Shown here: positions 1-8,875 of the stretch, piece after piece
Layout of the letters: each line of letters begins with the position of its first letter
How positions within the stretch are numbered: position 1 is the stretch's first letter
Assembly (NCBI RefSeq): GCF_006345805.1
Contig: NW_021826046.1
Span: forward strand, 1 to 13,805
Direction of reading: 5' to 3'
From: Octopus sinensis
Lineage: Eukaryota
Length of the DNA: 13,805 nucleotides
The notes under the pieces: generated by a model
The model's input: only the letters and a program-made list of their open reading frames with translations
Database searches by the model: none
What the model was told of the DNA's origin: nothing
Program-made: the position numbers and the translations under genes

Positions 1-65
1 TTCTATCTTTTACGAAAAACTCAAGTAAATAGTTAATATTTTTTACGCAAATTCTTCTGATTGCG

Positions 66-3000
66 CTGTCAATGGTGGTAAATTGTGTTAATGGTTGTGC
101 TAATGTGGTTTCAACTATCAAAGTGTATTTAAAAATCTGTTAATTGCACACTCTATTCAAGTCGTGCGTCAATTGGTGGTAAATTGTTGTAATGGTTGTG
201 CTAATGTGGTTTCAACTATCAAAGTGTTTTTTCAAAATCTGTTAATTGCACACTCTATTCAAGGTCGTGCGTCAATTGGTGGTAATTGTGTTAATGGTTG
301 TGCTAATGTGGTTTCAACTATCAAAGTGTTTTTCAAATCTGTTAATGCACACTCTATTCAAGGTCGTGCGTCAATTGGTGGTAAATGTGTTAATGGTTGT
401 GCTAATGTGGTTTCAACTATCAAATGTTTTTTCAAAATCTGTTATTGCACCCTCTATTCAAGGTCGTGCGTCAATTGGTGGTAACTTGTGTTAATGGTTG
501 TGCTAATGTGGTTTCATCAACTATCAAAGTGTTTTTCAAAATCTGTTAATTGCACACTCTATCAAGGTCGTGCGTCAATTGGTGGTAAATTGTGTTAATG
601 ATTGTTGCTAATGTGGTTTCACACTATCAAAGTGTTTTTCAAAATCTGTTAATTGCAAACTCTATTCAAGGTCGTGTGTCAATTGGTGGTAAATTGTGTT
701 AATGATTGTGCTAATGTGGTTTCAACTATCAAAGTGTTTTTCAAAATCTGTTATATTGCACACTCTATTAAAGGTCGTGCGTCAATGGGGTAAATTGTGT
801 TAATGATTGTGCTAATGTGGTTTCAACTATCAAAGTGTTTTTCAAAATCTGTTAATTGCACACTCTATTCAAGGTCGTGTGTGTCAATTGGTGGTAAATT
901 GTGTTAATGATTGTGCTAATGTGGTTTCAACTATCAAAGTGTTTTTCAAAATCTGTTAATAATTGCACACTCTATTCAAGGTCGTGCGTCAATTGGTGGT
1001 AAATTGTGTTAATGATTGTGCTAATGTGGTTTCAACTATCAAAGTGTTTTTCAAAATCTGTTAATTGCACACTCTATTCAAGGTCGTGCGTCAATTGGTG
1101 GTAAATTGTGTTAATGGTTGTGCTAATGTGGTTTCAACTATCAAAGTGTTTTTCAAAATCTGTTAATTGCCACACTCTATTCAAGGTCGTGCGTCAATTG
1201 GTGGTAAATGTGTTAATGGTTGTGCTAATGTGGTTTCAACTATCAAAGTGTTTTTCAAATCTGTTAATTGCACACTCTATTCAAGGTCGTGCGTCAATTG
1301 GTGGTAAATTGTGTTAATGATTGTGCTAATGTGGTTTCAACTATCAAAGTGTTTTTTCAAACTGTTAATTGCACACTCTATTAAAGGTCGTGCGTCAATT
1401 GGTGGTAAATTGTGTTATGGTTGTGCTAATGTGGTTTCAACTATCAAAGTGTTTTTCAAATCTGTTAATTGCACACTCTATTCAAGGTCGTGCGTCAATT
1501 GTGGTAAATTGTGTTAATGGTTGTGCTAATGTGGTTTCAACTATCAAGTGTTTTTCAAATCTGTTAATTGCACACTCTATTCAAGGTCGTGCGTCAATTG
1601 GTGGTAAATTGTGTTAATGTTTGTGCTAATGTGGTTTCAACTATCAAAGTGTTTTTCAAAATCTGTTAATTGCACACTCTATTCAAGGTCGTGCGTCAAT
1701 TGGTGGTAAATTGTGTTAATGGTTGTGCTAATGTGGTTTCAACTATCAAAGTGTTTTTCAAAATCTGTTAATTGCACACTCTATTCAAGGTCGTGCGTCA
1801 ATTGGTGGTAAATTGTGTTAATGGTTGTGCTAATGTGGTTTCAACTATCAAAGTGTTTTTTCAAAATCTGTTAATTGCACACTCTATTAAAGGTCGTGCG
1901 TCAATTGGTGGTAAATTGTGTTAATGGTTGTGCTAATGTGTTTCATCACTATCAAAGTGTTTTTTCAAAATCTGTTAATTGCACACTCTATTCAAGGTCG
2001 TGCGTCAATTGGTGGTAAATTGTGTTAATGATTGTGCTAATGTGGTTTCAACTATCAAAGTGTTTTTCAAAATCTGTTAATTGCACACTCTATTCAAGGT
2101 CGTGTGTCAATTGTGGTAAATTGTGTTAATGATTGTGCTAATGTGGTTTCAACTATCAAAGTGTTTTTCAAAATCTGTTAACTGCACACTCTATTCAAGT
2201 CGTGCGTCAATTGGTGGTAAATTGTGTTAATGGTTGTGCTAATGTGGTTTCAACTATCAAAGTGTTTTTCAAAATCTGTTAATTGCACACTCTATTCAAG
2301 GTCGTGCGTCAATTGGTGGTAAATTGTGTTAATGATTGTGCTAATGTGGTTTCAACTATCAAAGTGGTTTTTCAAAATCTGTTAATTGCACACTCTATTC
2401 AAGGTCGTGCGTCAATTGGTGGTAAATTGTGTTAATGATTGTGCTAATGTGGTTTCAACTATCAAAGTGGTTTTTCAAAATCTGTTAATTGCACACTCTA
2501 TTCAAGGTCGTGCGTCAATTGGTGGTAAATTGTGTTAATGATTGTGCTAATGTGGTTTCAACTATCAAAGTGTTTTTCAAAATGTTAATTGCACACTCTA
2601 TTCAAGGTCGTGTGTCAATTGGTGGTAAATTGTGTTAATGATTGTGCTAATGTGGTTTCAACTATCAAAGTGTTTTTCAAAATCTGTTAATTGCACACTC
2701 TATTCAAGCGCGTGTGTCAATTGGTGGTAAATTGTGTTAATGATTGTGCTAATGTGGTTTCAACTATCAAAGTGTTTTTCAAAATCTGTTAACTGCAATT
2801 CTATTCAAGGTCGTGCGTCAATGGTGGTAAATTGTGTTAATGGTTGTGCTAATGTGGTTTTCAACTATCAAAGTGTTTTTCAAAATCTGTTAATTGCACA
2901 CTCTATTCAAGGTCGTGCGTCAATTGGGGTAAATTGTGTTAATGATTGTGCTAATGTGGTTTCAACTATCAAAGTGGTTTTTCAAAATCTGTTAATTGCA

Positions 3001-3258
3001 CACTCTATTAAAGGTCGTGTGGTCAATTGGTGGTTAAATTGTGTTAATGATTGTGCTAATGTGGTTTCAACTATCAAAGTGGTTTTTCAAAATCTGTTAA
3101 TTGCACACTCTATTCAAGGTCGGCGTCAATTGGTGGTAAATTGTGTTAATGATTGTGCTAATGTGGTTTCAACTATCAAAGTGGTTTTTCAAAATCTGTT
3201 ATATTGCACACTCTATTCAAAGTCGTGCAATCTGTGATTGCACATTCTGTCAAAGTCA
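66..3258. repeat. Tandem satellite, 102-bp unit, about 31 copies, plus a degenerate internally deleted last unit
   Basis: Consensus AATTGTGTTAATG(G/A)TTGTGCTAATGTGGTTTCAACTATCAAAGTGTTTTTCAAAATCTGTTAATTGCACACTCTATTCAAGGTCGTGCGTCAATTGGTGGTA. Clean copies are 102 bp apart (AAGG at 1685 and 1787). All six consensus frames contain stops, so the ORFs listed in 164-3237 come from indel-driven frame switching. Confidence 0.97.
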
Positions 3259-3371
3259 AATATGATAATAGCTTTATTTTTGATTCATGGTCGATAATGA
3301 TATATGCATTTAATTTTAAAGAGAAAAACATAGGATGAATGATAAGAGAATTTATAAATGACAAATACTGA

Positions 3372-3735
3372 CTAAGTAAAAGTCAACAAACTATAAATTC
3401 TCCCAGCGAGACGGAGGGAACAGCTGTTGCCACGCATGACAGCCAGCAGAATCCTCTGAATGAGGAAAGTAAATTCCCTAGGGTCCTTGGACCGCGAAGA
3501 ACAAAGATGTCCCAATTTCTTTAGGGAAGTGAGGGACCCGGAGCCAAAGACGCCAGAAGTAGTCTCGACAACGATTGGCCAAAACAAAAGTCATCCATCA
3601 AAGACTGATATTTCCGGCACTTCGAAAGCTCACCTTATTAGCACGAGACCCAGCAAGGAGGCCGATTCGTGATGAAGACTTTGAGAAGGTATCCACACAA
3701 GTGGAATCCAGACCAAAGGTCTCCCAGAATAAAAA
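3372..3735 (-). mobile_element. CRE-like non-LTR retrotransposon, C-terminal restriction-like endonuclease (REL) fragment
   Basis: Minus strand, joining across frameshifts: DSTCVDTFS...AGSRANK...RKCRKYQSLMDDFCFWPIVVETTSGVFGSGSLTSLKKLGHLCSSRSKDPREFTFLIQRILLAVMRGNS. This fits the REL tail pattern D.TC.DT...K..KY...F.P..VET.G..G...L.QR...A..RGN. Confidence 0.8.
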
Positions 3736-3854
3736 CGAAATGAATTTCTTTATCGCGAATAATTTCTTTAATCGGCGAATAATTGGGAGTTCATCATTGT
3801 TAATATTCTCGATGTCGTTTTCATCAAGGATATTCTTACGTGAGATTTTGCTTG

Positions 3855-4180
3855 AAGGTTTTAATGGACCTCATCATGAATTCGAGGACATTCGCGTTGT
3901 TCATTTTTAATCAAAATGCAGAAAATAATTTTTTGATTTTTTGGGGGAAAGGTTTTAAGGACTTCATCATGTAAGTCGAGGACATTGTAGTTGTTCATTT
4001 TAACCAAAATGCAGAAAATTTTTTTTTTTAATTTTTTGTGGGGGGAAGGTTTTAAGGACTTCATCATGTAAGTCGAGGACATGTAGTTGTTCATTTAGAA
4101 CCAAAATGCAGAAAATTTTTTTTTAATTTTTTTGGGGGGGAAGGTTTTAAGGACCTCATCATGTAAGTCGAGGACATCGT
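3855..4180. repeat. Tandem repeat of about 95 bp, 3.4 copies
   Basis: AAGGTTTTAA(G)GGAC(T/C)TCATCATG...GAGGACAT...CAAAATGCAGAAAA...T-run...G-run starts at 3855, 3949, 4046 and 4141. The first copy is the most diverged. Confidence 0.93.
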
Positions 4181-4203
4181 ATTGCCAATTTGAAGTTGGT
4201 GTG

Positions 4204-4236
4204 CACACACAGACAGACAGACAGACAGACACACAC
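4204..4236. repeat. (CA)n(CAGA)n(CA)n compound microsatellite
   Basis: CACACACAGACAGACAGACAGACAGACACACAC read directly. Confidence 0.95.
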
Positions 4237-4640
4237 CATACCATTTTATTATTAAGACATGTCTAAACGTTGAATCACAAATGTCATTCAAGAATTTTTG
4301 AAACTGCAATAAATATGAATTTCCACAATCCAAGTATATGTTGAAATATAATAAAGCAAACTTTTCATACACAAAGTGAGTGATTTGTAATTTCCAATAA
4401 CATTCGGTCTTAAGTTTTTTCCTGTTGCATGACATGGAACTGAAATTCTCTCTTTACAACAAATCCTCAATCTTCGCAAGTTTGACAGTATTACCAGAGA
4501 AAACCGGATCTACAGAAAAACGTGATAAGATCCTTGGAGTATATCTACACGGTAAATTCACGGAAAAATGTGAATTAAAACTAAATTAAATTTTGTTTTT
4601 GTTTTATGTGAATTCTTAAAATATTTGAATAGTATAATAA

Positions 4641-4943
4641 ATGAATTTCATGGCGACTTTTCCGACATTACTTGATGAATTACATTTAGATATAATATTG
4701 AGTGCAATGTTGGAAATAAATCATACACGAAGAATGCCAGTACTAATAAATTAGATGAGTATCTACAATTGGAAAGATATGCAGAGTCAGTTGGGTTTGT
4801 GTATTCGCATGATATACTGAGCCTATAATTGTATATTAATTATATGCTATATATAGGAAAGAAGTTGAGAATTCGAAGTCACTGAACAATCTCGCGAAAG
4901 TGAAGAAATTTCAAATCTTGAAGAAAGTGAAAGTATTCAATAA
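4641..4943 (+). CDS. Small orphan protein, paralogue A (frameshifted as read; candidate intron 4831-4856)
   Basis: ATG at 4641 gives MNFMATFPTLLDELHLDIILSAMLEINHT. As read the frame stops at 4754, but shifted frames continue TNKLDEYLQLERYAESVGFVYSHD and end in EQSRESEEISNLEESESIQ* (TAA 4941-4943). The N-terminus is clearly similar to the ORF at 5211. Confidence 0.5.
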
Positions 4944-5210
4944 CATACATTATTTTTTTGTTAAAAACATGGTTTATTGTATTTTATTCAAGCATTAAAT
5001 TAGATTTATAGAAAGTAATAAAGTGTGTTGTTATGTAGTTTATTTGTTAAGTTATATTACGTAAGTTTGTTTTTTAATTACAATTGATTTTTAGTTGCAA
5101 TGTGATTTGAATAAAAATATAAAATTAAATAAAAAATAATATTATTAAATATCAAATTTGTAGTGAATAAATAATTTGAATTATCACTGTTTGTGGTGAA
5201 ACGACCAAAA

Positions 5211-5458
5211 ATGAATTTTATGGCCACATTCCCAATAATCCTGGAAGATCTAGACATAGACATATTAATACATGCCATTGACAATATAAAGGAACCTGAC
5301 AGCATCGACAGTCACGAGACTGCACAAAACCTCGATGTAAGCAAAAAGACTTTCAGACATAGGATTTTATGTCGGAGATCGGTCCAAGAGGTTCCCCACC
5401 CATTTCGAGAGTCTCCAGGACCATAATAGTGAGGGAAATAATCGAACTTCGAGTATAA
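5211..5458 (+). CDS. Small orphan protein, paralogue B (73 aa if intron 5337-5362 is spliced)
   Basis: MNFMATFPIILEDLDIDILIHAIDNIKEPDSIDSHETAQNLD, then a 26-nt GTAAG...ATAG segment, then DFMSEIGPRGSPPISRVSRTIIVREIIELRV*. Unspliced, the ORF ends at 5426. Confidence 0.5.
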
Positions 5459-5533
5459 TACTTTCAGAGTCGAATGGAGAATTAAGCACATAATTTTAGT
5501 TCTTTAATAATTTTAGATAAAATATTAATTTTA

Positions 5534-5643
5534 ATTATTTATTTTTTTTAAAATTATAAACGTGGTTTGTGTTCTTGTGGTGCATTTTTATTACTTTTAA
5601 ATAGCCAAAAACGACGTGTTGTATTGTTTATATTTATTTCATG
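5534..5643 (+). pseudogene. Degenerate copy of the PPAN upstream region, exon 1 and probably intron 1
   Basis: 5534-5619 aligns with 12948-13037 (AATTATTTATTTT...ATAAACGTG.TTTGTGTTCT.GTGGTGCATTTTTATT...AAAAACGACGTGT). ATGGCG has become ATAGCC, so the start codon is lost. Confidence 0.8.
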
Positions 5644-6488
5644 TGCAACCTTAAAATCAAATCAAATTCGGCAAAAAAGAACAAATTTAACTAGTTTATA
5701 TGACACGAAAAGTAATGGGAAAGTTTATTAAAAAAATTTGGTTAGCACTTGATATATACAATTTTTAGCGAAAAAATACAATCAGAGAGGTGTGTTAAAG
5801 AGCGCCGCATTTTTCAAAATATTTGGGTTCTGATTGATAGAACAATTTTGAATTTAGAAGAAATGTAACGTCCTTCTAGCTAGAAATAACTAGTTTGTAG
5901 ATATGGTAGTTTTGTGCTAAAAACATTCCCAGATTGAGGATGAACTTCCAAAGCTACAAAATTAAATTATTTCGACACAACAACATATTCAAATATTTTC
6001 ATTTTATTCAGGAGTATAAATGTGTAGCATTTAGGATCTTGGATGATCATAAGTGTGAATACTCACATTTAGCGTGTCTCGTTGGATATGGGGTAGATAA
6101 TTTTATTTATTTATTAAATCACCAAGTGATCCCCATGCACTCAACCAGGGACCTCATCCTCGCTCGGTGATCTTTCCACGAGCCCACACAAGATCGCACT
6201 GGGCGGCAGGCCGTTTTTGGCGGAGCAATCGCTGACGGGCCCAGTTTTCAGCTTGATGAGGTCTTCAAGAGAGGCTGGACCGGGGCGTTGGCTATCATGT
6301 GACCAACCATCGGTTAATCTGAGGGCCCTTTGTTGGGCCTCCTCGATTCGCCTTCTGTTGGACCACGATAGCCGCGGACCCCGTGATCCGCAAGCGTAGG
6401 CAATACCAGGTTCGAGTACTAAGCGGTAGATATTCGCCAGTACCGGGTGCGGCCCGTTTTTTCCATATTCCAGATAGAGTTCGTAGTA

Positions 6489-7816
6489 CAATCCGACTTG
6501 AATTGAACACTAAGTGTTCAAAAACTGAGGTTTTTCCAAAAACTGAGGTTTTGTCAAAAAATTAATATCAATATAAATTTAATAATTTATTAATGCAAAA
6601 AAGTCTTAAATATTATTATTTATTGAAAAATAGTCATCGATCCTTTTTCCATAACCATAATTTTTCTTCAAACTACTGAACAAAATTTTGTCTGAAAACA
6701 GTAAAAATCATTTAACAAAATTGGAGCTATGTCTAGAACTGATTCTTCCAATTCATTCACTTTTGTTACTACTTCTTTGACTGTAGTCTGTTTATTTTGC
6801 ATACCACTGTAAAAAATTTCTTCATTATCGCTGCTTTCCGTATTTTCCAACACTTCGTCTACAACTTGTTCTATAACATCATCCGTCAGATTATCAGAAA
6901 CAGCAAATATTTCATTGCCGAAAGTATTATCCAACAATTTGTAATTATTTGAGGGACATTTGCCACGATTTCGATACTATTATCAATGATTGGCGTAAAT
7001 TAATTTTTTTAAGTAAGTCGCAGTAAATCTTCTTCATCTATACAACAAATAAATTCAATTAACGCCTTCGAATAATTATCTTTAAAGCTTTGATTATCCC
7101 ATTATCCAATGGTTGAAAAATTGGAGTTGTATTTTTGGGTAAAAACAGCAATTCGATATTTGAGAGCGATTTATTTTCATGACACGAAGCGTTATCAAGA
7201 TTATTAAAATTTTTCTCTTTTCCATTTTCATTCGTTCATTCACTAAGAATAACCATTGAATAAAAATTATCTCTTGTCATCCAGGCATTTTTGGAAGATG
7301 AGACATAGCACCATAATCCTCAGGGTTAAATTTCTGAAACATCTGGGATTTTTAAATTTCTCGAGAACTTTACTATCCATGTTTTAAAAATATCGTCAGT
7401 TTTTGTTTCAGTCCGAAAATTTGGAATTATGTTCCCACAGGTTATTTGCGCGGCGTGATTGTTTTTTTTATTCGAGCAATTGTGCCAATGCTCGTTTCAT
7501 ATTTTTGAGCAAGTACTCTGTGTGAATGACTTTTTAGTTGTCGAGCAATTTCAACCTTTTTCTCGTAACTGAGACCCATAATGATTTAGCGTGGAGTTTT
7601 TAATATCAAATCAAATTTATTCAATCCAAATTAATTAATTTTTTTAATGACTAGAAATAAATAATAATAATAAATTTTGTTCCGATCGAGGTTTTCATTT
7701 AAAAGGAAATTATTTATTCTAGGCAGAGATCCTACAAAGTGTTCCAAAAAGTGAGGTTGTTCCAAAAAACTGAGGTGTTCCAGCCCCGAGGTCTGTTCCA
7801 AATCGAGGTCGGACTG
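6489..7816 (-). mobile_element. pogo/Tigger-family DNA transposon, internally deleted, nested in the LINE
   Basis: TA at 6487-6488 and 7817-7818. Degenerate TIRs CAATCCGACTTGAATTGAACA and CAGTCCGACCTCGATTTGGAACA, with repeated AAAACTGAGG subterminal motifs. Minus strand encodes LREKVEIARQLK (HTH), KNPRCFRN, KNAWMT, IILDNASCH and LFLPKNTTPIFQPLDNGIIKA (DDE_1 motifs). Confidence 0.9.
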
Positions 7817-7930
7817 TATGTTCAATTTTGTCGCATTTGCGAAGGAGGTTGTCCACATGTGGGGAGAAACAGAGGTGCATGTCGGGGGTTTCCCTAGGAC
7901 CGTCTGACTCCTGCAAAGGGAACGGATATA

Positions 7931-8698
7931 TTGTCACCGGTTTTAGAGCGACCCGGTTTTTGGAAGGACCACACAAAAAATTGTATAAATCGTTTTTATT
8001 TTATCCTGAAATAGTATACAATAAATTAGACCATGGTTTACAGTTAATTTCTTAAGCTGTTTCTGATTTTATCATTGCTCACAAAACCAACATACCCTTC
8101 AAAGTGCTTTTTAAATTTTAAAAATTAAGTAATTTATTTGATTTTTGTGTAAAATATTAAAAAACATTATATTTTTATTTAATGATTTTAAACCTAAATA
8201 TTTTAAAAAATCAAATCTTAAAATAACTGTCAATAAAAACTATTCTAACCCACAAGGTTTGATATAAAAAATTCAACTAGTCCCCTATGCGGCCTACGGC
8301 CCGCGGTATCTCTCACTTAGAGAATTAAAATTAGTTAAACTTTTTTATTCTAGAAATATTAATATTCTTATGGACACTTCCATTTTCTAAAGAATAGTTG
8401 TAATTATTTCTTTCGATAATTTTATATTTTTTTGTATCGACATTATCAAATAAGGGAAGCCTTCTATTGTTGGTATTAGCATCGATGTCATGTTTAATAA
8501 TGACAGAATATCTCCGTTTAATTCCGAATATCTCCTTAAGTCGACTATTATGTTGAATTTAATTAATTTAATTATTACAATATATAATAGAAAATAAAAC
8601 CAATTTTTATTTCTAATGAAAATAAATTATTTTATCCATTTTATTTTAATATACCACCTGGTCTTCCAAAAACCGGGTCCGCTCAGAAACCGGTCACA
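7931..8698 (-). mobile_element. Ginger-like non-autonomous DNA transposon nested in the LINE
   Basis: TIRs of about 40 bp (7932-7971 and 8659-8698) with TGT...ACA termini; TATA on both flanks (7927-7930, 8699-8702). A stop-free minus stretch 8558-8331 reads LKEIFGIKRRYS...KYKIIERNNYNYSLENGSVHKNINISRIKKF, resembling retroviral-type integrase core and C-terminal pieces. The TIR element is solid; the Ginger assignment is inference. Confidence 0.65.
8277..8306 (-). other. Helitron-type 3' terminus motif (GC hairpin followed by CTAG|T)
   Basis: Minus strand CCGCGGGCCGTAGGCCGCATAGGGGACTAGT: a stem GCGG(G)CC/GGCCGC, an 8-nt spacer, then CTAG and T, in otherwise very AT-rich DNA. Confidence 0.35.
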
Positions 8699-8875
8699 TA
8701 TATTATTCAGCTTTAAGTCGACTGACGTTCTTCCCAATCTTTATCAAGGTGAAGAGGGACGTGGCGGACTTTGCCGCGTTTACCACGAGCCGGTTGTCCG
8801 TCAGCCATAGGTTCAGCCGATCAGATAATGGAAAAAAATACTGGCTCATAAAAAAACAGGTATTAAAATTAAGTA

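Larger units (their letters stand above)
3855..4257 (-). mobile_element. Putative non-autonomous Helitron/HINE-like element (5' end, GTCT microsatellite and tandem core repeats)
   Basis: Minus strand from 4257 reads TCTTAATAATAAAATGGTATGGTGTGTGTCTGTCTGTCTG, then the 95-bp repeats. A 5' TC with an AT-rich start, (GTCT)n and a tandem core is the layout of Lep1/DINE-1/pearl-type elements. No canonical 3' end was found. Confidence 0.45.
6102..8822 (-). mobile_element. 5'-truncated LINE (about 620 bp of its own sequence, probably I/Jockey group) with 7-bp TSD; carries two nested elements
   Basis: TSD AGATAAT at 6095-6101 and 8823-8829; (TAAA)n tail on minus at 6102-6116. Pieces 8822-8703, 7930-7819 and 6488-6141 join into an RT C-terminus: RLNLWLTDNRLVVNAAKSATSLF...LNNISVP...DMHLCFSPHVDNLLRKC.KLNILRTLSGIWKNGPHPVLANIYRLVLEPGIAYA...IEEAQQRALRL. 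Confidence 0.88.

Noticed and set aside
66-3228. CRISPR array
   Set aside because: Units are contiguous near-identical 102-mers with no unique spacers, there are no cas genes, and the context is eukaryotic.
164-3237. Repeat protein with a 34-aa unit (102 = 34 x 3), possibly under a stop-reassigned code
   Set aside because: Every consensus frame has stops. One minus frame looks protein-like if TAG and TGA are read through, but PPAN shows no reassigned stops, one recurrent variant creates TAA in that frame, and no TPR-like pattern is present.
3478-3493. CTAG plus GGTCC-TT-GGACC hairpin as the 3' end of the Helitron-like element
   Set aside because: It lies within CRE coding sequence, has essentially no spacer, and CTAG is followed by G rather than T.
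3575-3910. 111-aa plus-strand ORF and similar ORFs (3460-3672, 6217-6399, 7828-8055, 11307-11600)
   Set aside because: They are antisense or off-frame shadows of GC-richer retrotransposon sequence, or span junctions between unrelated elements.
4430-4590. 51-aa ORF MELKFSLYNK...KCELKLN as a gene
   Set aside because: It is short, with no recognisable motif, paralogue or splice support.
5558-5590. KRGLCSCGAF as the protease's CGSCWAF catalytic-Cys motif
   Set aside because: The spacing to the His is about right, but the same DNA aligns with the non-coding PPAN upstream region and exon 1, the catalytic motif is incomplete, and no SEQ/LVDC or GCxGG motifs follow.
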